A stretch of 64,000 nt of DNA from Vicinamibacterales bacterium (lineage in GTDB: Bacteria > Acidobacteriota > Vicinamibacteria > Vicinamibacterales > SCN-69-37), in the NCBI GenBank assembly GCA_035547155.1, contig DASZVJ010000116.1, positions 3,607-67,606 of the forward strand, read 5' to 3'. The notes under the pieces are model-generated. The model saw only the letters and a program-made list of their open reading frames with translations, had not been told where the DNA came from and did no database searches. This document shows positions 17,298-28,073 of this stretch, in pieces (position 1 is the stretch's first letter; every line of letters starts with the position of its first letter). Made by a program: the position numbers and the translations under genes.

Positions 17298-18744
17298 GGC
17301 CTACAGCGTGACATATAATCTGCGCTCCAGTCGTGCCGTGCCGCCGCTCGTGAAGGATCTTCGATCGTTCAGCGTCAGCGGGCGCGCGTCCTGCGGCCGG
17401 GCGGCAGCCATCGCGGCGACGCTCTTCCTCATCTTCAACGTCAACTTCCGCGCCATCAACTCGCGCGACACGGCCGTCAACCAGTACGCCGCGCTGGCGA
17501 TGGCGGCCACCGGCGGTGTCGATCTCGATCGCTATCCGGCCCTCGTCAAGATCGGTCTCGCGCGCGGCTACATTCAGATGGTCAACGGTCACGCGCGCTC
17601 GTCCTATCCGCTGTTGCCGCCGCTCGTGGCGGCGCCCCTCTACCGCGTCGCGATAGATTTTGGATTGATCGACGCCAGTGATCCGAATGCGGCATGGCTG
17701 GAAGGTATCGGCGCGCTGACGGCGAGCGCGTGCGTCGCGATCGCGTGCGCCTGCGTGTATCTCACGATCCTCGCGTGGCGCCCCGACGCGCCGGCGGCGG
17801 CGATCGCGATCGCCTGCGGCCTGGCGACGCCGCTCTGGTCGTCCGCATCGCAAGCGCTCTGGAGTCACGCGCCGGCGGCGTTGCTGTTCGGCGCGGGTGT
17901 GTTCACGATGTTCCGCGTCCCTGCGCGCTCGTCGTGGCGCACCGGATCGCTCCTCATGGCCGGCGTGCTGATCGCGCTCGCCGTGTCCTGCCGGCAGTTG
18001 CTCGTGGTCTTCCCGATTGGCCTCGGCATCGGGCTCTGGCGCTCGCGCGAGCCGCGGCGTCATCTGCTCGCCTTCGCGGCGGGCGCGGGCATCGCGGGCG
18101 TCGTGATGATGATCGTCAACAGCCTCGTGTTCGACACGTGGCTCGGCGGTCAGGCGCATCTCTACACCACTGGCGTGAGCCAGGCGACACATGGCGTGGC
18201 GAGCGCCTGGAGCGGCCACTGGCTGTCAGGCATGGCGGGATTGCTTGTCAGCCCGAGCCGCGGCCTGCTGATCTACATGCCGATCGCCGCACTCGCGGCG
18301 ATCGGCGCGCGCGACGCATGGCGTGATGGCCCCGTGCCGCGGTACGGGCTGGCCGCTGCGACGGCGGCCTTCGTGGTGCTCTGGGGCAAGTACGCCGTGT
18401 GGTGGGGCGGTCATTCGTACGGACCGCGCTTCGCGGCCGATATCGCCATCCCTCTGGCGCTCCTCGCGTCGTATCCGCTTGCGCGCTGGGCGACGATCGG
18501 CCTGCGTGTGCGTGCGCTCGTCATCGTGGCGCTCGTCTGGTCAATGGGGATTCAGGCTATTGGCGCGGCGTGTTATCCGGCCGGCGAGTGGAACGGCCTG
18601 CCGCGCGACGTCGATCTCGCACACGAACGGCTGTGGGACTGGCGCGACTCGCAGATCATTCGTACGGTGTCGGCCGGCACGTATGGCCACTACAAGTCGA
18701 GCCTGGCGCAGATGCCGGCCGCGGCGCCGGCGGATCGCCCCTGA
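17296..18744 (+). CDS. polytopic membrane protein, GT-C-like (putative glycosyl/arabinosyl transferase)
   Basis: 482 aa with many predicted TM helices. ...WWGGHSYGPRF... and the overall layout resemble ArnT/PMT_2-like proteins. The track start overlaps the divergent icd-like start. The real start may be a downstream GTG near 17338-17350. Confidence 0.5.
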   Translation: MAYSVTYNLRSSRAVPPLVKDLRSFSVSGRASCGRAAAIAATLFLIFNVNFRAINSRDTAVNQYAALAMAATGGVDLDRYPALVKIGLARGYIQMVNGHARSSYPLLPPLVAAPLYRVAIDFGLIDASDPNAAWLEGIGALTASACVAIACACVYLTILAWRPDAPAAAIAIACGLATPLWSSASQALWSHAPAALLFGAGVFTMFRVPARSSWRTGSLLMAGVLIALAVSCRQLLVVFPIGLGIGLWRSREPRRHLLAFAAGAGIAGVVMMIVNSLVFDTWLGGQAHLYTTGVSQATHGVASAWSGHWLSGMAGLLVSPSRGLLIYMPIAALAAIGARDAWRDGPVPRYGLAAATAAFVVLWGKYAVWWGGHSYGPRFAADIAIPLALLASYPLARWATIGLRVRALVIVALVWSMGIQAIGAACYPAGEWNGLPRDVDLAHERLWDWRDSQIIRTVSAGTYGHYKSSLAQMPAAAPADRP

Positions 18745-18764
18745 CCGGCGGCGGCCGATGTGCG

Positions 18765-19511
18765 TCAGATTCCAGCGCGCTGCAGCAGCGCGCGTGTGGC
18801 GGGATGGCTCGGCGCCGTCAGCACCGTCGCCGGATCGCCTTCTTCGACGACGCGGCCGTCCGCGAGGATCAGGACGCGCGACGCGTAGTCTCGCACGAAG
18901 TCGTCGTCGTGCGAGGTGAGGACGAGCGCGCGGCCGGCGGTCGCCAGTGCGCGCAAGCTCGAGCCGAGCTCGTGACGCCGCGCCGGATCGAGTGACGCCG
19001 TCGGCTCGTCGAGCAGCAGCAGCGGCGGATCCATGGCGAGCGATCGCGCGATCGCCACGCGCTGCGCCTCGCCGCCCGACAGCTCGCGCGGCCACGCCTG
19101 CGCGCGCGCACCGACCCCGAGCTCATCGAGCAGCGTTCGTGCCCGCGCCGCTGCCTCATTTCGCGCGCGGCGCTGCACGTGCACTGGCGCAAGGCAGACG
19201 TTGTCGAGCGCCGTCAGGTGCTCGAACAGCGCGTGGAACTGAAAGACGAGGCCGATCTTGCGTCGCAGCGACGCCAGCGCGTCCGATCGCTGCCGCGGCC
19301 CGGCGGCGAGCGTCGTGCCGTCGACGTGAATGTCGCCGCGATCGAACGGCTCGAGCCCGGCGATCGCGCGCAGCACCGTGCTCTTGCCGGCGCCCGACGC
19401 GCCCATGAGCACGACGAGATCGCCGGCGGCGGCCGAGACGTTGACGCCGCTCAGCACGTCGCGCGTGCCGCGGCGGAGATGCAGATCGCGAACGTCGAGG
19501 ATCGTGCTCAT
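18765..19511 (-). CDS. polar amino-acid ABC transporter ATP-binding protein
   Basis: Trimmed to MSTILDV. The ATG at 19511 overlaps the permease stop as ATGA. It has Walker A GASGAGKST, signature LSGGEAQRVAIARSLA and Walker B LLLLDEPTASLD. Confidence 0.85.
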   Translation of the reverse strand: MSTILDVRDLHLRRGTRDVLSGVNVSAAAGDLVVLMGASGAGKSTVLRAIAGLEPFDRGDIHVDGTTLAAGPRQRSDALASLRRKIGLVFQFHALFEHLTALDNVCLAPVHVQRRARNEAAARARTLLDELGVGARAQAWPRELSGGEAQRVAIARSLAMDPPLLLLDEPTASLDPARRHELGSSLRALATAGRALVLTSHDDDFVRDYASRVLILADGRVVEEGDPATVLTAPSHPATRALLQRAGI

Positions 19512-20989
19512 GCCGTCGTCGGCGCCTTCCATTTCGCCTCGAGCCGGCGCGCGACGCGCGCGACCGGCAGCGACATCGCCAGATACAAGGCGCCGCACAG
19601 CAGGCCCGGCACGACCCAGCTCGCCAGATCTGTGGCGAAGATCTGCGTCTGCTTCGACAGCTCCGGTACCGCGATCACGGAGACGATCGACGAGTCCTTC
19701 AACATCGAGACGAAGTCGTTGGTCATCGGCGCCAGGGCGAGCCGCAGGGCCTGCGGCGCGCGGACGAGGCGCAGAATCTGCGCTTCGCTCAGGCCGAGCA
19801 CGCGCGCCGCCTCGAGCTGCACGGTGGGAATCGCTTCGAGCGCCGAGCGATAGATTTCACTTTCATAGGCGGCGTAGTTCAGGCCCAGGCCGATCAGCGC
19901 CGAGACGTACGCGTCCAGCCGCACCACGGTCGCGAAGCCGTAGTAGATGACGAAGAGCTGCAGCAGGATGGGCGTGCCGCGCATGACTTCGACGTACGCG
20001 GACAGGACCGCGCGCACGGGCCACCCGCCGTAGACGCGGCCGATCGCGATCGCCATGCCGCCGGCGATCGCCAGCGCCATCGCGACGCACGACAACCACA
20101 GCGTCGTCCACGCCGCCCGCAGGAGCGTCGGCAGGAAGTCCCACGTCATCTCCCAGGTCGACGGCGCGGGTGCTGCTGGAACGGCCGCGGCGATCGGCGT
20201 CTGAGAATCGGCCGCGGCCAGCAGGCGCGCGAACAACTTCGGCTGATCGTCGTTCCACACCCCGGGATACTTGCGGAAGATGGCTTCGAGGCGGCCATCG
20301 CGCATCGCCTGCCGCAGAATCGCATCGACGCGATCGCGCATCGCCGGATCGCGTGGCGACACGATGACGACGTACTGGCTGGTGGCGATGGCGTCTGGAA
20401 GGGTGATGAGGCCGTGCTCGTGCCGCAGCGCGCGATCGGCCAGGATGTGATCGAGCAGGACGCCGTCCACGCGTCCGATCGCCAGGTCCTCATACGGATG
20501 GACGTCGTCATCGTACGGCTTCGCGATGATCCCGGGCGTGTGATCGAGGATGTCCGCAGCGATGGTGCCGGCGAGCGTGCCGACGGGATGACCGGCCAGA
20601 TCTGCGAGCGCATGGACGCGCGCGCGATCGGCGCTCCGGATCGTCAGTACTTCGCGAAACTCGTAGTAGGGAATGCTGGTCGGGATCGTGCGTCGCCGTG
20701 CAGGCGTGTTCTCGATGCCGCTCAGGCCGATGTCGAAGTCGCCGCGCAGCGCGGACTGATCCAGCGACTGAAACGTCAGCTGGACGAATTCCGGACGACG
20801 ACCGAGGTCGTGTGCGATGAGCGCCGCGATGTCGGCGTCGAAGCCGACCATGCGCGACGGATCCCGCGGATCGGCCTGCACGTACGGCGCGCCGCCCTCC
20901 TGATCGCCGCCCCACCGCAAGACGTCGGGCGCCTGCGCATGCAGACCGACGCTTGTCAGCGTGAGCACGGCGATGGCGAGCCGCCACAC
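19508..20989 (-). CDS. fused periplasmic substrate-binding domain / amino-acid ABC permease (His/Glu/Gln/Arg/opine family)
   Basis: I start it at the GTG at 20989, which gives the signal peptide (M)WRLAIAVLTLTSVGLHAQA. The SBP part has VGFDADIAALIA...FDIGLSG. The permease part has an EAA-like region (LNYAAYESEIYRSALEAIPTVQLEAARVLGLS). Confidence 0.7.
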   Translation of the reverse strand: MWRLAIAVLTLTSVGLHAQAPDVLRWGGDQEGGAPYVQADPRDPSRMVGFDADIAALIAHDLGRRPEFVQLTFQSLDQSALRGDFDIGLSGIENTPARRRTIPTSIPYYEFREVLTIRSADRARVHALADLAGHPVGTLAGTIAADILDHTPGIIAKPYDDDVHPYEDLAIGRVDGVLLDHILADRALRHEHGLITLPDAIATSQYVVIVSPRDPAMRDRVDAILRQAMRDGRLEAIFRKYPGVWNDDQPKLFARLLAAADSQTPIAAAVPAAPAPSTWEMTWDFLPTLLRAAWTTLWLSCVAMALAIAGGMAIAIGRVYGGWPVRAVLSAYVEVMRGTPILLQLFVIYYGFATVVRLDAYVSALIGLGLNYAAYESEIYRSALEAIPTVQLEAARVLGLSEAQILRLVRAPQALRLALAPMTNDFVSMLKDSSIVSVIAVPELSKQTQIFATDLASWVVPGLLCGALYLAMSLPVARVARRLEAKWKAPTTA

Positions 20990-21060
20990 ACGCCTCGTCT
21001 CGCACGATGTCGTTTCGGCGCGCTTCGTCACGGCGCGATAGTCTACGTCGAGAAACGGCT

Positions 21061-21924
21061 TCAGTGCTGCGCGAGGAAGGCCTCGATCGCGGTCTTGATC
21101 GACGACGAGAGCGAAGCTGGCACGTCCGGAGTGGGCAGGCGCCGGCATGTGGCGAGCACGCGTTTCAGGGAGTCGCACGCGCCTCGGCAATGCGGACAGT
21201 GCGCGAGATGCGTCTCCATCGCCGCGCAGGCGTCCGGCGCGATCTCGCCTTCGAGATAGCGCGAGAAGAGCGCCGGTACGTCGGGACACGCCGGCGTGCT
21301 CGGCGGTGCCGTGCGCGCCGGACCGTCGAGGATCGGTGCGAGCGTCTGCCGGACCGCGACTCGCGCGCGGTGCAGCCGGCTCTTGACCGCGTCGACGCTG
21401 ACGCCAAGGACCGAGGCGACGTCCGGCGCGGACAGGCCTTCGACGTCTCGCAGCACCAGCACCTCGCGCTGCGGGGGATCGAGCGCGTCGATCGCGTCGA
21501 GCAGCGCCCGCGCGAGCTCACGATTGGCGGCGATTCGTTCGGGGCCCGGCGCTGGATCGGCGAGACGATCGGCGAGGCCCGGTCCGGTCGCGGCGTCGAG
21601 CGATTCTTCGGCGGCCGGCGCGAACTTGCTGCGGCGCCGCTTCTTGAGGCAGAACCGGCGCGCGATCGTGTAGAGCCAGCTCGAGACCGAGGAATCACCC
21701 CGGAAGTCGCGCACCGCGCGCGCCATCGACATCAGGCTTTCCTGCGCGACGTCGCTGGCGTCCTCGGTGTTGCCGCACATCCGGAGGCCGAATCGATAGA
21801 GGTGCGGCTGATAGCGGACGAGCAGGGTCTCGAGCGCGGCCCCATCTCCATCACGCGCGGCCCTCACCAATTCATCGTCGGTCGGTGCGTCCGTCGCGCC
21901 GGCGTGTGACGGGCTCGCGCTCAT
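21061..21924 (-). CDS. ECF sigma factor fused to a C-terminal zinc-binding anti-sigma (ZAS, HxxxCxxC) domain
   Basis: ORF 21061..22377 is trimmed to MSASPSH (287 aa). Sigma regions 2 and 4 are present (DASDVAQESLMSMARA; DPPQREVLVLRDVEGLSAPDVASVLGVSVDAVKSRLHRARVAV). They are followed by ...CPDVPALFSRYLEGEIAPDACAAMETHLAHCPHCRGACDSL with no TM segment. Confidence 0.75.
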   Translation of the reverse strand: MSASPSHAGATDAPTDDELVRAARDGDGAALETLLVRYQPHLYRFGLRMCGNTEDASDVAQESLMSMARAVRDFRGDSSVSSWLYTIARRFCLKKRRRSKFAPAAEESLDAATGPGLADRLADPAPGPERIAANRELARALLDAIDALDPPQREVLVLRDVEGLSAPDVASVLGVSVDAVKSRLHRARVAVRQTLAPILDGPARTAPPSTPACPDVPALFSRYLEGEIAPDACAAMETHLAHCPHCRGACDSLKRVLATCRRLPTPDVPASLSSSIKTAIEAFLAQH

Positions 21925-22012
21925 TGGACCGGATTTTCGCACGATCCCCGCGCATCCGCTCGTCTCTACGGCCTGCGTGAACCCTTTCCGCACCGGCTGG
22001 CTCTTATGAGCC

Positions 22013-23392
22013 ATGACCGTCGACGCCGGCGAGCGTGCCGCAATCGGTGCACGCGAACCGAAAAGCGCAATCAGTGGGCTGACCAGTGTCGTCCTGCTCG
22101 GCCTTCTTGCGGCCGCACCGGCTCTTGCGCTCGCGCAGACGCCGCTGACGCTCGAGGACGCGATGCGGCGGGCGCGAGACGACACCGCCGACGCGCGGGT
22201 GCTCGCGTCCTCGGTGGCCGAGGCGGCCGCGCGTGTGCGCCTCGCGCGCGCCGGATTCTGGCCGCGCGTCGACGCGGCCGAGACGGCGCAGCGCGGCGAC
22301 CAACCCGTGTTCGTCTTCAGCTCACTGCTCGCGCAGCGGCGTTTCGCCGAGGCCGATTTCGCGATCTCCGCCCTCAATCATCCGGACGCGGTCACGAACA
22401 CGCGTACCGCGATCTCGATCCAGCAGTCGATCTTCGACGGCGGCGGGACGCAGGCCGGCGTGCGGGCGGCCTCCCTCGACCGTGATCTCGCCGAGGCACG
22501 GCGCGATGCGGCCCGGCAGGACCTGGCGTTCAGCGCGGCGCAGGCGTTCGTCCATGCGCTGGAGCGCGAAGCCGGCGTGCGGGCGGCGCAGGCGGCCGTG
22601 GACGCGGCCGAAAGCGATCGCGAGCGTGCGCGCGCGCGGCGTGACGTCGGTCTTGCTACCGATGCCGACGTGCTGGCCGTCGACGTGCACCTGGCGGACG
22701 TGCGCCAGCAACGAATCTCGGCGTCGGGCGATCTCGCGGTCGCGTACATCCAGCTGGCCGACATCGTCGGTCTGCCGCTGACGTCTCCGCTCGCGCTCGT
22801 GCGACCCGCGCCGTGGCCGGCGCCCGACGACGATGAGGACGCGCTCGTGCGAGAGGCGCTGGCCAGACATCCACGGCGCCGTGAGGCCGACGCGCAGATC
22901 CAACTTGCCGACAACGCACGACGTGCCGCGCACGCGGCGCTGCTGCCGGCGATCAGCGCCCAGGCCGGATGGGAGCTCAACGGCGCCTCGCTGTCCACGC
23001 AGCAGTCGAGCTGGGGGCTCGGCGTGGACGTGCGCATCAATCTCTTCGACGGCTTCGCGACGCGCGCGCGTGTGGCCGAGGCCGCGCACATGCGCGCGAC
23101 GGCGATCGCCGAGCGCGAGCGCCTCGATCGGCGCATCGACGTGGACGTGCGTGCAGCGCTCGCCCAATGGACGGCGGCACGCGCGGGCGAGGACGTGGGC
23201 CGCGCCGCGCTGGCGCAGGCGCGCGAATCGCAGCGGATCGTGCGCGAGCGCTACGACGGCGAGCTCGCGACGATTGCCGACGTGCTGCGCGCCGCCGAGG
23301 CCGTGCGCGCCGCGGAGTTGCGCGCGACGGCCGCGGAGATGGCCGTCATCCTCCAGCGCCTCGCGCTCGAGCGCGCATTGGGGCGGCTGTAG
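22013..23392 (+). CDS. TolC-family outer-membrane efflux protein
   Basis: 459 aa. It has the signal LLGLLAAAPALALAQTPLTLEDAM and two repeated coiled-coil halves typical of the OEP family. Confidence 0.8.
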   Translation: MTVDAGERAAIGAREPKSAISGLTSVVLLGLLAAAPALALAQTPLTLEDAMRRARDDTADARVLASSVAEAAARVRLARAGFWPRVDAAETAQRGDQPVFVFSSLLAQRRFAEADFAISALNHPDAVTNTRTAISIQQSIFDGGGTQAGVRAASLDRDLAEARRDAARQDLAFSAAQAFVHALEREAGVRAAQAAVDAAESDRERARARRDVGLATDADVLAVDVHLADVRQQRISASGDLAVAYIQLADIVGLPLTSPLALVRPAPWPAPDDDEDALVREALARHPRRREADAQIQLADNARRAAHAALLPAISAQAGWELNGASLSTQQSSWGLGVDVRINLFDGFATRARVAEAAHMRATAIAERERLDRRIDVDVRAALAQWTAARAGEDVGRAALAQARESQRIVRERYDGELATIADVLRAAEAVRAAELRATAAEMAVILQRLALERALGRL

Positions 23393-23422
23393 CCGCACGG
23401 GCGAAAGAGAGGGCCTCGAATC

Positions 23423-24601
23423 ATGAAACGACTGATGGGAATCGTCGCGCTCGGCCTCATCGCGGCCCTCGTGTCCGCGTGCCGTACGAGCCCGCACGCG
23501 GCGGTGGCGGCGCATCCGCAAGAGCCGATTGCGGTGACGATCGCGGCCGCGTCCATGACGGACACCGCCGATCGTCTGGAGGCTGGAGGCGTCGTGACCG
23601 CTCGCGAGACAGCCGTGATCTCGAGCCGGATCACCGCGACGATTGCGCGCATCGCCGTGGCGGCCGGCGATCGCGTGCGCGCGGGCGACGTGCTGCTGAC
23701 ACTCGACGCGCAGGATGTCGTCGAGCGTGCGCAGCAGGCGCGCGCCCTCGCGCGGGCGGCCGAGAAGACGCTCGTCCAGACGAAAGCCGAAGAGAAGGCC
23801 GCCGAGGCGGAGGAGACGCTCGCCGCGGCCTGGCAGGGGCGGATCGTGACGTTGCATGAGCGTCGCGCCGCGACCGATCAGGAGCGCGACGAGGCCAACG
23901 CGCGCCTGGCGGCGGCCGACGCGCGGATCAGCGCGGCCCGTGCCGGCGCCGACGCGGCCGATGCGCAGCTCGCCGCCGCGCGCGCGGCCGCCGACGCCGC
24001 GACCGCCGCCGAGGCATTCGCGATCGTGCGCGCGCCGTTCGACGGTCTCGTCGCCGAACGTCTGATCGATCCCGGAAATCTCGCCCTTCCAGGCGTGCCG
24101 CTACTCCGGCTCGAGTCGGCCGGCGACCGGCAGATCGTCGCCCATGTAGATGAGGCGCGCGCCGCATTCGTGCGTGTCGGCGATCGCGTGACTGTCGCTC
24201 TCGCCGATATGCCTTCCAGCGATCGTGCCGTCGACGCGGTCGTCGCTGAAGTCGCGCGAGCCGTCGACGTCGATCAACGCGCATTCACCGTCAAAATCGA
24301 TCTCGCGTCTCCGGTTCACGTGCGGTCCGGCAGCTTTGCGCGTGTCGTTTTCGCGGGCGCGCGGCGCCGTGCTCTGGTCGTGCCTGCCGACGCGGTTCGC
24401 CGGCGGGGCCAGGTATCGTCGCTCTTCGTCGTGCAGGACGGCGTCGCGAGGCTGCGCCTCATCGACGTCGGGGCCATGCTCTCCGGCGGCGTCGAAGTGC
24501 TCGCCGGCCTCGACGCCGGTGAGTCCGTGGTGACGTCTCCGCCTCCGCGCCTCGTCGACGGATCCAGCGTCGTCGTCGGCCATACCGGAGGCGCATCGTG
24601 A
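23423..24601 (+). CDS. efflux RND periplasmic adaptor (MFP/HlyD-type)
   Basis: 392 aa. A lipoprotein-like N-terminus (ALVSAC) is followed by a long Ala-rich coiled-coil hairpin and beta-barrel domains. Its end overlaps the RND gene as GTGA. Confidence 0.8.
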   Translation: MKRLMGIVALGLIAALVSACRTSPHAAVAAHPQEPIAVTIAAASMTDTADRLEAGGVVTARETAVISSRITATIARIAVAAGDRVRAGDVLLTLDAQDVVERAQQARALARAAEKTLVQTKAEEKAAEAEETLAAAWQGRIVTLHERRAATDQERDEANARLAAADARISAARAGADAADAQLAAARAAADAATAAEAFAIVRAPFDGLVAERLIDPGNLALPGVPLLRLESAGDRQIVAHVDEARAAFVRVGDRVTVALADMPSSDRAVDAVVAEVARAVDVDQRAFTVKIDLASPVHVRSGSFARVVFAGARRRALVVPADAVRRRGQVSSLFVVQDGVARLRLIDVGAMLSGGVEVLAGLDAGESVVTSPPPRLVDGSSVVVGHTGGAS

Positions 24602-27600
24602 GGCCACGCCTCGGCCTGGCCGGACGGCTGGCGTCGGCGTTCGTCTCTTCGACGCTGACGCCCCTGCTGATCGTGGCGTCGATCGGCCTCGGCACATTCG
24701 CGATCCTCGCGCTGCCGCGCGAGGAGGAGCCGCAGATCGTCGTGCCGATGGTGGACGTGTCCATCGATCTCCCCGGCGCGTCGCCAACGGAGATCGAGCA
24801 GCGCGCGACGCGTCCCATCGAGAAGCTGCTCTGGGAAATCCCCGGCGTCGAATACGTGTACTCGACGTCCAGCCCCGGTCAGTCGATGGTGATCGTGCGC
24901 TTTCGCGTCGGCGAGGACGAGGCGCGTGCGCTCGTGCGCTTGAACCAGAAGCTGCAGGCGAATGCCGATCGCCTGCCTCCCGGCGCGTCGGCGCCGCTCG
25001 TGAAGGCGCGCGCGATCGACGACGTGCCGATCGTCGCCGTGACGCTCTGGAGTGACGATCACGACGACGACGTCCTGCGGCGTCTCGGCGTGCAACTGCG
25101 CGAGGCGCTCGCGGAGGTGCCGGACGTGTCGGATGTGGCCGTGATCGGCGGCCGTCCGCGCGAGATCGGCGTGCAGGTCGATCCCGCCAGATTGGCCGCC
25201 GCGCGGATCGATCCGCTGGATTTGTCCGCGACGCTCACCGACGCGAACGAGCGCGCGACCGGAGCGGGTCCCGTATCGACCGGCGGCATCGCGCGTCTCG
25301 AAGCCGGGCGCCAGGTGAATACGGTCGACGCCCTTCGCGCACTGGTTGTCTCCGCCGCGGATGGGCGCACGATTCAGCTCGGCGACGTCGCGACGGTGAC
25401 CGACGGCGGCGCGCCGCCGACGTCGTACGTCCGCTTCTACTCGCCGGATGGCGGCGCGCATCCCGCCGTGACGCTCGCGGTGGCCAAGCGCGCAGGTGCC
25501 AACGCGATCACGGTCGCGCGCCAGATCGACGCCAGGCTTGCAGCGCTGCGCGGCGTCCTGCTGCCTGGCGACGTGAACGTGACCGTGACGCGGAACTATG
25601 GCGAGACGGCCGCCGAGAAGTCGAACGAGCTCCTGTTCCACATGGGGCTCGCGGTGGTCTCGGTGTCCATCCTCATCGCGCTCGTGCTCGGTATCCGCGA
25701 GGCGCTCGTCGTGCTCGTCGCGATTCCGGTCACGCTGGCGCTCACGTTGTTCGTGTTCTCGCTCTACGGCTACACGCTCAATCGCATCACACTCTTCGCG
25801 CTGATCTTCTCCATCGGCATCCTCGTCGACGATGCGATTGTCGTCGTGGAGAACATCGTGCGGCACGCGCGCCTGCACGGCGGCGATCGATCGCGTCTGG
25901 CCGCGACGGCCATCGCCGCGGTCGACGAAGTCGGCAATCCGACAATCCTGGCGACGCTCACGGTCGTCGCCGCCATCCTGCCGATGGCGTTCGTCGGCGG
26001 GCTGATGGGGCCCTACATGCGGCCGATTCCCGTCGGCGCATCGGCCGCGATGCTGGTGTCGCTCGCCGCGGCGTTCGTCGTGACGCCCTGGGCTGCCGCG
26101 CGGCTGCTGCGGCCGACCGGTGACCACCGCCAGACGGCCGAGGGCGCGGCGACGAGGCTCTATCGGCGTGCGATGGGCGTGCTCATCGGCCGCCGGCGCG
26201 CGCGAATCGCGTTTCTCGCCGGCGTCTCCGTGCTGCTGCTGGCTTCCATCGCGCTCGTGCCATTGAAGCTCGTCACGGTCAAGATGCTGCCGTTCGACAA
26301 CAAGAACGAGTTCGAGGTCATCGTGGACATGCCCGAGGGCACCGCGCTCGAACAGACGGCGCGTGTGTCCGGAGAGCTTGCCCGCTCGATTCTCCACGAC
26401 GATGCCGTCGTCGACGTGCAGAGCTATGTGGGCACGTCGTCGCCGTCGACGTTCAACGGGCTCGTGCGCCACTACTTCCTGCGCCGCGCGCCGCATCTGG
26501 CCGACCTGCAGGTGAATCTGAAGCCCAAGAGCGAACGCCGCGAGCAGAGCCACGACGTCGCCAAGCGCGTCCGCGACCGTCTCGCGCCGATCGCACGACG
26601 GTTCGACGCCACGATCCAGGTGTCCGAGGTGCCACCAGGGCCGCCGGTGCTGCAGACGCTCGTCGCGGAAGTCTACGGACCGGATCCGGCGAGACGTCTG
26701 CAGATCGCCGAGCAGGTGAAGTCGGTATTGGCCCGCACGCCGGGTGTCGTCGACGTCGATTGGTACGTCGCCGCCCCCCAGCCGAAGACGTCGCTCGTCG
26801 TCGACGACGCGCGCGCGGGCGCGGCTGGCGTGACGGCGGCGCACGTTTCCGCCGCGGTTCGCCTGGCGGCCGACGGCCGCGTCGCCGGGCTCTTTCACGA
26901 TTCCGACGCGCGTGAGGACGTGCCGATCGTACTGCGTCTGCCGCGAAGCGCTCAGGGATCGATGGCGGCTGTGCGCGCGCTGCGGCTGGGTCCGCGCGGC
27001 GTGGCGATCGGCGAGTTGACGCGCGAAGCGCACGGCGTCGAGGCCGACAGCCTGTATCACAAGAATCTGCGGCCGGTGACGTACGTGACGGGCGACGTCG
27101 CGGGCGCGGCCGAGAGCCCCGTGTACGCGATTCTCCGCATGAACGAGGCGATCGCGGCGATCACCCTGCCGGAAGGCTACGGCCTCGAGATCGACGATTT
27201 GCACCCGCCGTCGGACACGACGAGGTACGCGATCAAATGGGATGGCGAATGGCAGATCACGCTCGAGGTCTTCCGCGATCTCGGCCTCGCGTTCGCCGTC
27301 GTGCTCGTGCTCATCTACGTGCTCGTCGTCTGGTGGTTCGACGATCTCGTGGTGCCGCTGGCGATCATGGCGGCGATTCCGTTCTCGCTCGTGGGGATTC
27401 TGCCCGCGCACGCCGCGATGGGGGCGTTCTTCACCGCCACCTCGATGATCGGCTTCATCGCCGGCGCCGGCATCGTCGTGCGGAACTCGATCATCCTCGT
27501 GGACTTCATCGAGCTGCGGCTGCGCGAGGGCATGCCGCTCGCGGATGCCGTCGTCGACGCCGGTGCCGTTCGGTTCAGGCCGATGGCGTTGACGGCCGCC

Positions 27601-27810
27601 GCGGTGATCGTCGGGTCCGCGGTCATCCTGTTCGATCCGATCTTTCAAGGGTTGGCGATCTCGCTGATGGCGGGCGAGGTCGCATCGCTGCTGCTGTCTC
27701 GCGTGACGGTGCCCGTCCTGTATTTCGTGACCCACCGCGCGCGCCGATCTGTCCATTCCGTCGTGTACGCGTCGTCCGAGGACGAGCGCGTCGAAAGGAG
27801 CCTGTCATGA
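24598..27810 (+). CDS. RND efflux permease (AcrB/CzcA superfamily)
   Basis: 1070 aa with 12-TM RND topology and two large periplasmic loops. Conserved stretches include [17 protein letters not shown] and [19 protein letters not shown]. Confidence 0.9.
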   Translation: MRPRLGLAGRLASAFVSSTLTPLLIVASIGLGTFAILALPREEEPQIVVPMVDVSIDLPGASPTEIEQRATRPIEKLLWEIPGVEYVYSTSSPGQSMVIVRFRVGEDEARALVRLNQKLQANADRLPPGASAPLVKARAIDDVPIVAVTLWSDDHDDDVLRRLGVQLREALAEVPDVSDVAVIGGRPREIGVQVDPARLAAARIDPLDLSATLTDANERATGAGPVSTGGIARLEAGRQVNTVDALRALVVSAADGRTIQLGDVATVTDGGAPPTSYVRFYSPDGGAHPAVTLAVAKRAGANAITVARQIDARLAALRGVLLPGDVNVTVTRNYGETAAEKSNELLFHMGLAVVSVSILIALVLGIREALVVLVAIPVTLALTLFVFSLYGYTLNRITLFALIFSIGILVDDAIVVVENIVRHARLHGGDRSRLAATAIAAVDEVGNPTILATLTVVAAILPMAFVGGLMGPYMRPIPVGASAAMLVSLAAAFVVTPWAAARLLRPTGDHRQTAEGAATRLYRRAMGVLIGRRRARIAFLAGVSVLLLASIALVPLKLVTVKMLPFDNKNEFEVIVDMPEGTALEQTARVSGELARSILHDDAVVDVQSYVGTSSPSTFNGLVRHYFLRRAPHLADLQVNLKPKSERREQSHDVAKRVRDRLAPIARRFDATIQVSEVPPGPPVLQTLVAEVYGPDPARRLQIAEQVKSVLARTPGVVDVDWYVAAPQPKTSLVVDDARAGAAGVTAAHVSAAVRLAADGRVAGLFHDSDAREDVPIVLRLPRSAQGSMAAVRALRLGPRGVAIGELTREAHGVEADSLYHKNLRPVTYVTGDVAGAAESPVYAILRMNEAIAAITLPEGYGLEIDDLHPPSDTTRYAIKWDGEWQITLEVFRDLGLAFAVVLVLIYVLVVWWFDDLVVPLAIMAAIPFSLVGILPAHAAMGAFFTATSMIGFIAGAGIVVRNSIILVDFIELRLREGMPLADAVVDAGAVRFRPMALTAAAVIVGSAVILFDPIFQGLAISLMAGEVASLLLSRVTVPVLYFVTHRARRSVHSVVYASSEDERVERSLS

Positions 27811-28001
27811 CCGTCGAACGTGCATTGCGATTGATTGCGGGAACCGTCGTGATCGCCAGCGTGGCGCTGGCGGTTTATGTGAGCCCGACCTTCCTCTGGC
27901 TCGCGCTCATCGTCGGCGTCAGTCTGTTCCAGTCCGGCTTCACGAACTGGTGTCCGATGATGACGGTGCTGCGATGGGCGGGGCTGCGGGACGCGCGGTG
28001 A
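27807..28001 (+). CDS. DUF2892 (YgaP C-terminal-like) small membrane protein
   Basis: 64 aa: [57 protein letters not shown]. The ATG overlaps the RND stop as ATGA. It lies within track ORF 27237..28001. Confidence 0.7.
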   Translation: MTVERALRLIAGTVVIASVALAVYVSPTFLWLALIVGVSLFQSGFTNWCPMMTVLRWAGLRDAR

Positions 28002-28073
28002 TCGTCGGGACTCACGCGGGGAGCGGGACGTCATCCGGACGCGATAGGCGGGGTGAGCTAGGATAGGGCCTCG

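Noticed and set aside
21971-22012. An ECF-type promoter (tGAACC ... CTCTTA) in front of the TolC gene that the adjacent sigma-ZAS protein could use.
   Set aside because: The spacing is about 18 nt, and the -10-like element does not match the usual CGTC-type ECF -10. The putative -10 also ends only 6 nt before the ATG. I cannot evaluate it without knowing the ECF group's motif.
24316-27756. A 1146-aa ORF lies antisense to the RND pump gene. Similar very long antisense or out-of-frame ORFs occur at 5804..7618, 8770..11082, 27645..29807, 48986..50797, 52669..55080 and 53781..56261.
   Set aside because: Their translations are Arg/Ala/Gly/Asp-rich low-complexity strings with no recognisable motifs. 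Each fully overlaps a gene with clear family signatures on the other strand or in another frame. Such shadow ORFs are expected at ~70% GC.
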